A stretch of 63,727 bases of DNA, filler included, from Octopus bimaculoides (taxonomy: Eukaryota): assembly GCF_001194135.2 (NCBI RefSeq). It is 6 parts of 5 records of this genome, joined end to end, with 100 filler letters (N's around TTAATTAATTAA, not from the genome) between each part and the next. Parts side by side here need not be neighbours in the genome. Positions count along the whole stretch, not along the records: positions 48,275 to 59,335 come from NC_068995.1; positions 59,436 to 63,727 come from NC_068982.1; 4 more parts are not named here. One strand, given 5' to 3'. A program made the translations under genes and the position numbers. Under the pieces are notes generated by a model, which was given only the letters and a program-made list of their open reading frames with translations, did no database searches and was not told where the DNA came from. This document shows, one piece after another, positions 56,272 through 63,727 of this stretch. Positions within the stretch are counted from its first letter, which is position 1. The number at the start of each line of letters is the position of its first letter.

Positions 56272-56501
56272 GTATGTATGTTGGAACCATTGCAGCCTGT
56301 CCTGTTTGGTATGGTGGCTACATAAATAGATAAAGACAAAAAAAACATGCTACAGTGTGGAGCAAAATAACCTAGACATCTCTTCGGCACCACTAGAGGA
56401 CACCATAGTATCGGTATGATACCCAGTTAAATGAAATCGGCGATACACAAGAAAATACTTAAGAAGACAGTGTCCTGCAATTCAAATAACTGTACATACA
56501 G

Positions 56502-56813
56502 CAGTGCTACTGAAACTGATGGTCCGCGGACTGGTGCCGCTCCGTGAGCCATCAGCTGCCGGTACACGGTGAGTTTCCAGAAAGGAAAGAAATATAAAAC
56601 GCTTATAAAATGTTTAGAAAATGCTTATGTAATATTGTATTATTTGTTTACAAATTAAATATAAGATAAAAAAAAATTGTCAACTTTTATTATATTCATT
56701 ATATATATATTGTTTGCGGTATAAATTAATATTACTAAGAAATATTACTGGTCCCTGGCACATTGGGGAAAAAAACTGCCGGTACGCCACATCAGATAGT
56801 TTGAGAAGCACGG
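56502..56813. mobile_element. hAT (Charlie-like) MITE, 312 bp
   Basis: TIRs CAGTGCTACTGAAACT / AGTTTGAGAAGCACGG; candidate 8-bp TSD ACATACAG vs CTATACTG (5/8 match); AT-rich non-coding interior. Confidence 0.75.
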
Positions 56814-57039
56814 CTATACTGTCGATGTGGTATATAACGTATATACGTGAACATTCAAACATTGTCACTGTCTTTCCAAATCCTGCTGCATTTTTTTTGT
56901 CTTTCAATGTCGTCTTGGTGTTTAAGTCGACCTAGCATTTTTGGCTGTAAACTTTTGTCTGACAAATTCGACTTGAGAGCTAGAAAATACAATATTGAAT
57001 GAGAATAATGCAAAGAAAGGTTAGCGCTTTTGAAAACCA

Positions 57040-57160
57040 AGGTAACGCTCCAGAAAGACGTGGTGACTTCTCGGAAAGATGGTATGCCACCCTGGAAAGA
57101 TAGCAGAAATATAAAAACTCTAAATAAGAAGAAAAATGCTGCCTGGAAGCCCTATCAGAC
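57040..57160 (+). mobile_element. Possible CR1-type ORF2 linker fragment
   Basis: PPWKDSRNIKTLNKKKNAAWKPY resembles PW....I..L..KK..AWK.Y between EN and RT domains; short. Confidence 0.35.
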
Positions 57161-57242
57161 AGTAAGCTCCTCCAGCATGGCCACAATCCAGTAACAGAAA
57201 CAAGTTACAAGGTTTAAAAAAATAAAGATATACATAATTTCC

Positions 57243-57626
57243 GGAAGTGCAAACATGGCTGTGTGGTTAAGAAACTCGCTTTGCAACCAAGCGGTATCAT
57301 GTTCAATCCCATTGGGCGAGTGTCTTCTACTATAGCCCCTGACCAACCAATGCCTTGTAAGAAAATTTGGTAGAGGAAACTGTGTTGAAGCCTGTCGTTT
57401 GTGCGTATGTGTACGTGTTTATATCTGCACTTGTCTCCTTTCCTACCAATTGACAACCGGTGCTGGTTTGTTTTCGTCCCCGTAAAAAAGCGGTTCAGCA
57501 AAAGCAACCGACACAATAAGCACGTACTTCGACTTGAAAATTACATGCTATGACTGATCTGCTCGACTAAAGCCCTTCAGGGCGGTGCCCCAGCATGGCC
57601 GCAGTCCAATGACCAAAACAAGTAAA
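57243..57626 (+). mobile_element. SINE family C, full length
   Basis: ATGGCTGTGTGGTTAAGAA..GCTT.., GTGTCTTCTACTATAGCC, GGCGGTGCCCCAGCATGGCCGCAGTC, CAAGTAAAAA. Confidence 0.88.
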
Positions 57627-57931
57627 AAAAAAAGGTCTTTTTTAAAATGGCATATAGAGTATTATTGTTTTGTAATTGGGAAAAAATACAATCTTAGATC
57701 GAAATTCTTCTTCCTCAATAATTTCACCATTCTTCCAATGAATTCTTAGTTTGTTTTACCAATTTTCAATAATTAAACTAGCATTTTCCTTGTTATTTAC
57801 GATTTTATGAAGTCTAAAACCATTGGAAATTATACGAGAAATAATTATTACTCTAAATTTCTCATTATATTTTCTATTATTACCGCTAATATCATTACGG
57901 ATATTGATATTGTCCATGATGTTGATGTTGC

Positions 57932-57962
<31 letters not shown>

Positions 57963-58762
57963 GGTGGTGGTGGTGTTGTCCTTAAAGTCTTGGCGAAATT
58001 AATAACTGGGTTTGTGACCGTTTATTTACACGTACGTATGTGTGTGTATATGCATGTATGTATTTGCGTATGTGTGAATACATACACACGCACGCGCGCG
58101 CACTGACATACACATATAAAGTATTTATACTCGATTTCCAGTACTGAGTTCGTCCTGAAAAAACTAATGCAAACATGAATGTATGTACCCTCTTTCTCAA
58201 ATTTCAGGCCTTNNNNNNNNNNNNNNNNNNNNNNNNNNNNNNNNNNNNNNNNNNNNNNNNNNNNNNNNNNNNNNNNNNNNNNNNNNNNNNNNNNNNNNNN
58301 NNNNNNNNNNNNNNNNNNNNNNNNNNNNNNNNNNNNNNNNNNNNNNNNNNNNNNNNNNNNNNNNNNNNNNNNNNNNNNNNNNNNNNNNNNNNNNNNNNNN
58401 NNNNNNNNNNNNNNNNNNNNNNNNNNNNNNNNNNNNNNNNNNNNNNNNNNNNNNNNNNNNNNNNNNNNNNNNNNNNNNNNNNNNNNNNNNNNNNNNNNNN
58501 NNNNNNNNNNNNNNNNNNNNNNNNNNNNNNNNNNNNNNNNNNNNNNNNNNNNNNNNNNNNNNNNNNNNNNNNNNNNNNNNNNNNNNNNNNNNNNNNNNNN
58601 NNNNNNNNNNNNNNNNNNNNNNNNNNNNNNNNNNNNNNNNNNNNNNNNNNNNNNNNNNNNNNNNNNNNNNNNNNNNNNNNNNNNNNNNNNNNNNNNNNNN
58701 NNNNNNNNNNNNNNNNNNNNNNNNNNNNNNNNNNNNNNNNNNNNNNNNNNNNNNNGTGTATG

Positions 58763-58804
<42 letters not shown>

Positions 58805-59294
58805 ATATGCGAGCATATACACCGGCAATACACAGTAATAACACTAAATTAAACACGTTGACAATATATGTACTCATACCTACATAGAACTCATCTTAGT
58901 TGTGCATGAGTGCGAAATCGTTATCAAATATCAAAATTCTGCTAGAGAATAAAACAAATATTTGTATAACAAACAAAACGCAAAATGCAACAAAAAAATT
59001 AAAATGCGAAATGCAACAAAGAAACCGAATACAAAATGCAAACCGCAAAAATTTGGTAAAAAGCAAATTGCAAATGAAAAGGAAATTTAAAATATTTTCT
59101 GATTCCGGATAAAATAAAACTGAATTGAATTTTAGAAAAGGGTTAGAAAAAGAAATTAAAAAAAGCCATTTTTGAAGTAACAAAATTAAGAAAAAAAGAA
59201 AAGACAAATGATGAAAATATGCATAGATTTATTGAAACACTTTCCACTGTTCTGTGGGAATAGCAAGGAGATTTATGTACATATATAGGCATAT

Positions 59295-59335
<41 letters not shown>

Positions 59336-59436
59336 NNNNNNNNNNNNNNNNNNNNNNNNNNNNNNNNNNNNNNNNNNNNTTAATTAATTAANNNNNNNNN
59401 NNNNNNNNNNNNNNNNNNNNNNNNNNNNNNNNNNNT

Positions 59437-59540
59437 TAGATTGGAGCCTGGTGTTGCCATCCGGTTTCACCAGTCCTCAGTCAAATCGTCCAACCCATGC
59501 TAGCATGGAAAGCGGACGTTAAACGATGATGATGATGATA
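59437..59540 (+). mobile_element. Retroposon 3' end with (GAT)n tail (RTE-type tail)
   Basis: CCAACCCATGCTAGCATGGAAAGCGGACGTTAAACGATGATGATGATG; 5' part lost in a gap. Confidence 0.55.
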
Positions 59541-59670
59541 TATACGATGGTCTTCTTTCAGTTTCTGTCTACCAAATCCACTCACAAGGCTTTGGTTGGC
59601 CTGAGGCTATAATAGAAGACACTTGCCCAAGGTGACACGCAGTGGGACTGAACCCAGAACAATGTGGTTT
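59541..59670 (-). mobile_element. SINE family C 5' half
   Basis: TTTCAGTTTCTGTCTACCAAATCCACTCACAAGGCTTTGGT...GAAGACACTTGCCCAAGGTG...GGGACTGAACCC. Confidence 0.85.
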
Positions 59671-59982
59671 TGAACCCAAAAATATTAATATTAATATTTT
59701 TTTGTTCAAGCATTTAAAGGTCTGCATGAGCCCTGTCAATGGGAAGAAGGAAATGTGAAGCTAATCACAAAGAAGTCACATATTTTACAATAAAACAAAC
59801 TTAGCTGGTTTGTGGTCTCACTGAGTACTTTGTAACCAAATAAGCAATATCCAGGAAGTTTTCCCATATGAGAATCTATTGCAATGTACTCATTATTATA
59901 CAGACTTTATTTCGTAATATTTAATTAATTTCAATACTATTTAGAATATATACTAACAAATATGCGTCTATCTATCTATCTA

Positions 59983-60024
<42 letters not shown>

Positions 60025-60645
60025 TTGTCTTTATGTACGTATGTGTGTGTATACATATATATATTTGAAAAAATGAGTCGAGATGGCTTTTTGAGGGGAT
60101 AATTTTTATTTTAATCTGAATAATAATGTTTACAGTGAGTTACTCTGATATCAGTTTCAAGCTTCAAGTAGCTGTTTTCAAACTGAAAAATGTATTTTAT
60201 TGGTTGCTTAAATAGCAAAAGATTTTTTCTTACATGTATACATGCAATAAAATATACATAGGAAAGAGAAAAGAATATAAAAAATATTAAAAAAATAGAA
60301 TTAAAAAATAAGAAATTTTTTTTGAACCACAACATCATCAATACTGCAAAAAGATATCTCCCAACTCTTCAAAAATCATCAAGAATGAACAAATTAATAA
60401 CAGATTCAAAAATAATTTATAGCAAATGTCAAACACCCAACCTAAAAAAGCTATTCTTCAGCTGAATACATGTCATTGATTGGTTAAAATTACCCAAATA
60501 CGACAACTTTAACACGAAATAGCTTCTAAAATACAATATTTTGTCGAAAATGTTAAGAGTAAACCCTGTTCTATGTGACACATTCTATCAGTATCCGAAG
60601 TTTCAAAGTATTTAGTTTTAAAAAATTAATTTTAAAATCTGTCAG

Positions 60646-61398
60646 TCAGATTGGTGACATCTCACACAACTGTTATTGGACGCCTGTAAAAAATTGGAAA
60701 AGTCAAGAAAACAGATAGGTTTGTTCCACATCAACTGAATGAGATTAAGAAAAACAGACGCCTCAAAGTGTGCACTTTCTTGACTGGAAAAATACCATTT
60801 TTGCATCAAATCATTACTTGTGATGAGAAATGGATATTCTTTGACAACAGCAGGAAAACAGGACAGTGATTAGATGAAGGAGAGGCATCTACACATTACC
60901 CAAACTCACCGTTGCATCCTAAAAAGTTAGTGGTCACTGTATGGTGGTTTGTGAAGGGAGTTATTCATTATTCATTTTTGCAACAAGGATAAATGGTAAC
61001 AGCAACATCATATTGCCAGGAAATTGATTGTATGCATGAGAATTTGAGAAAGAAGCAACCCAGACTAGTGAATAGAGATGGCCCAATTTTGCTCCACAAC
61101 AATGCACATCCTCACACTCCTGAAGCTAGTGTCCAAAAGATGCAAAGCCTGAATTATGAGATTTTGCAACACTTTCCTTATTCCTCTGATATCTCTCCTA
61201 CTGATTATCACTTATTTAAGCATTTTGAGCTTTTCATAAGCAATAAAACATTCTTAAATAGAGAAGAAGTAATTGAAGTATTCAGACAGTTTATCACAGC
61301 ATAAAAGATGAATTTTTTTTTTAAAGATGGAATATATAACATAGAGAAATGTTCGGTAAACGTCATGAATGAACATGGATTATACTTTGATTAAATAA
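60646..61398 (+). mobile_element. mariner (D,D34D) transposase remnant, 5'-truncated
   Basis: FVPHQL (WVPHEL), IITCDEKWI (60813-60836), KLVVTVWW..KGVIHY, LLHNNAHPH (D>N), YSSDISPTDYHLF; 34 residues between the D2 position and D3; stops and frameshift. Confidence 0.93.
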
Positions 61399-61420
61399 AT
61401 CAGCTCTCTAACACTTTTTT

Positions 61421-61593
61421 CTTTTACTTGTTTCAGTCATTTGATTGCGGCATTGCTGGAGCACCGCCTTTAGTCAAACAAATCGACCCCATGACTTATT
61501 CTTTGTAAGTCTAGTACTTAATCTATCACTCTTTTGCCAAACCGCTAAGTTACGGAGATGTAAACACACCAACATTGGTTGTCAAGTGATGGT
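61421..61593 (-). mobile_element. SINE family C 3' part
   Basis: CTTTTACTTGTTTCAGTCATTTGATTGCGGC..GCTGGAGCACCGCCTTTAGTC. Confidence 0.85.
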
Positions 61594-61789
61594 NNNNNNN
61601 NNNNNNNNNNNNNNNNNNNNNNNNNNNNNNNNNNNNNNNNNNNNNNNNNNNNNNNNNNNNNNNNNNNNNNNNNNNNNNNNNNNNNNNNNNNNNTCTTTAT
61701 CTTTTTGTTTTTATATATTTACATATATATATATATATATATGCCTACTTAACATTCTACAAGCAAATGTACCTCTGTATGGATATAAT

Positions 61790-62158
61790 GTGAGTATTGG
61801 AGTATCACTACCTTCTATGTTTATTTGCTATTTAATACAGTGGACATTTCATTTAAGAGGATGTACTCCTGTATTTGTCTGAGTGATGGGTGCTTCACGT
61901 GTTTGGATAAAATGCAGATGTCAAGTTGGCCCAGTGTGCCTCCATGTCAGTCTTTGGCATGTTGGTAGAGTATTGAGGACTTTTTTTTGTCATCATTTTG
62001 CTTCAAGCGTCCATTTATTATCTCTGCAATACTTCTAGATGTCTCTCCAATGTATGCCATGTTTTTGTCATTACAAGCACTTTCTATGCACCTTCTGCTG
62101 TACACTACATTTCTAGTTCTATAGTTAATGCCAGGATTAATCTTGCATACCGCTGTGT
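61790..62158 (-). mobile_element. Penelope-like element GIY-YIG endonuclease fragment
   Basis: RNVVYSRRCIESAC..MAYIGETSRS...SSILYQHAKD*HGG...IL...SLRQIQEYI....VLNSK. Confidence 0.85.
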
Positions 62159-62229
62159 TTTAAAAATATAGATATAAGTATTATTTATTCTTTTCTTGTG
62201 GCCGTACTGGAGTTTTCCCCTCCAGCATA

Positions 62230-63102
62230 CGAGGTCTGATCAATGAGTATCCAGATTGTTGCCATAGTAACGAAGCTAAATCACACAAAGTGAAGCTGCT
62301 TGGCAAAGATTGACCTTGAATTCTGATGTGCATGTGCACTAAATTTTAATATTCTAGCTCACTTCTGCTGTTTACAGCTGTGTTTGGAAGGAAGGTGTGT
62401 TGTATGTGATCATCACATTGACAATGACAAAGAAAGTTGTCATGGAGATACTTACTCAGAGGCCTACACGAAGTTGCAGAAAGTGTATGAAGAGGAATGT
62501 ATGAGCCGCACACAAGTGTATGAGTGGTTCAGACGTTTTGAGGATGGCCGAAAAAATGTCAGTATTGATGAACGTTCTGGGAGACCTGCAACCAGCAGAA
62601 CGGAGAAAAACATCATAGAAATAATCGAATCCCCATCCGTGAGTTATCAGAGAGTGTGCAGATTTGTTACGGTTCAGTTCAGTCCATTATCACTGAAGAT
62701 TTGGGTATGAGAGGCATGTCTACCAAGTTTGTGTCAAAACTACTTTCAGCTGACCAAAAAGACACTGAGGTTTCAGTTGCACAAGATCTCTTTGATTGTG
62801 TGGGGAATGATGAAAACTTTTTGAAAACTTTGCATTGGCCTTTGAGCATGTATCACCAAGCTTTTCGCAAAATTTGATGCAGATTCTCTGCTCAGCTGTC
62901 TCTGTCATGGTCGGTTCAGTGATCACACACTACACACATTCCTTGCAAGCAATGCTGTAAACAGCGGAAGTGAGCTGGAATGTTAAAACTTAGTGCACTT
63001 GCACAGTAGTGTTCAAGGTCAATCTGTGCCAGATGGCTTCACTCTGCATGCCTTAGCTTCGTTACTATGGCAACAGTCTGGATACTTAATGATCAGACCA
63101 CA
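62230..63102. mobile_element. Rearranged mariner with about 250-285 bp inverted arms (3' end replaced by inverted 5' end), TA TSDs
   Basis: TA|CGAGGTCTGATCAATGAGTATCCAGA ... TCTGGATACTTAATGATCAGACCACA|TA. The centre encodes HTH transposase (MSRTQVYEWFRRFEDGR...RSGRP; KFVSKLLS). The right arm encodes the N-terminus MTETAEQRICIKFCEKLG on the minus strand. Confidence 0.9.
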
Positions 63103-63679
63103 TATAGTCAATTACATCAACACAATGCAATATTGAAAGGTATTATTTTCTCAAATTTTACATTAGTAGAATTTGAACTTAAAATATAAGGGTATATAAA
63201 TCAAATAACTCTAAGCGTTTCATTTTCATTGTTCAAATTTTGTCATCCATTCACCAATACACACACACCTATGCACACATGCATGCATATATATATATAT
63301 ATATATGCATATACATGTATATGCACATATACATGTATACATATATATGTACATACATACACACACACACACACGTACATATATACGCATACATTATATT
63401 TGTATGCGAGTGGATTTGGTGGGTAGAAGCTGTAGGGAGCCTATTTTGTGTGTGTGTGTGTGTGTATGTATGTATATATACATTTCATCATGTTAAACCA
63501 CATTTTTTCCTCTCAGTTGTTTTTCCTTTCTCTCTCCATTTTTGTTTTCTCTCAATCCTTTCTGTCGAAGAGTGTAGGCTCAAAATATAAAAGACTTTTC
63601 TATTCTTCTTGAGGCTTAAACTAATACACCTGCTTGTTGTTCCTATACCTGGCTTCATCATTTGTTTTCTGTAAATTTG

Positions 63680-63727
<48 letters not shown>

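Noticed and set aside
58900-59112. Degenerate CAAAATGCAA repeats and a K/N/Q-rich ORF
   Set aside because: Irregular A-rich low complexity with no constant period or spacer structure; not CRISPR-like or coding.

Overview
AT-rich, gap-ridden animal genomic scaffold. It is most consistent with an octopus (Octopus-type tRNA-derived SINEs, dense AT/GT/AAT microsatellites; the species is my inference). I found no intact protein-coding gene, CRISPR array or rRNA. Firm content: a decayed R4/Dong-clade REL-endonuclease LINE (1-2003), a damaged tRNA-Lys(CTT) gene, RTE and CR1 LINE remnants, a Penelope GIY-YIG fragment, a D,D34D mariner remnant, a hAT/Charlie-like MITE, about 25 SINE copies from at least 4 families, and artificial TTAATTAATTAA gap spacers. 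Two observations stand out. One is an 873-bp mariner derivative whose 3' end was replaced by an inverted copy of its 5' end at a visible microhomology. The other is an unexplained 168-codon hydrophobic ORF at 11.5-12.0 kb that, with its flanks, carries Cys-loop ligand-gated-channel-like motifs in the expected order. It may be an intronless pseudogene related to cephalopod atypical nAChR/chemotactile receptors, but this is speculative and needs an HMM search. Most other ORFs in the track are microsatellite or N-gap artefacts.
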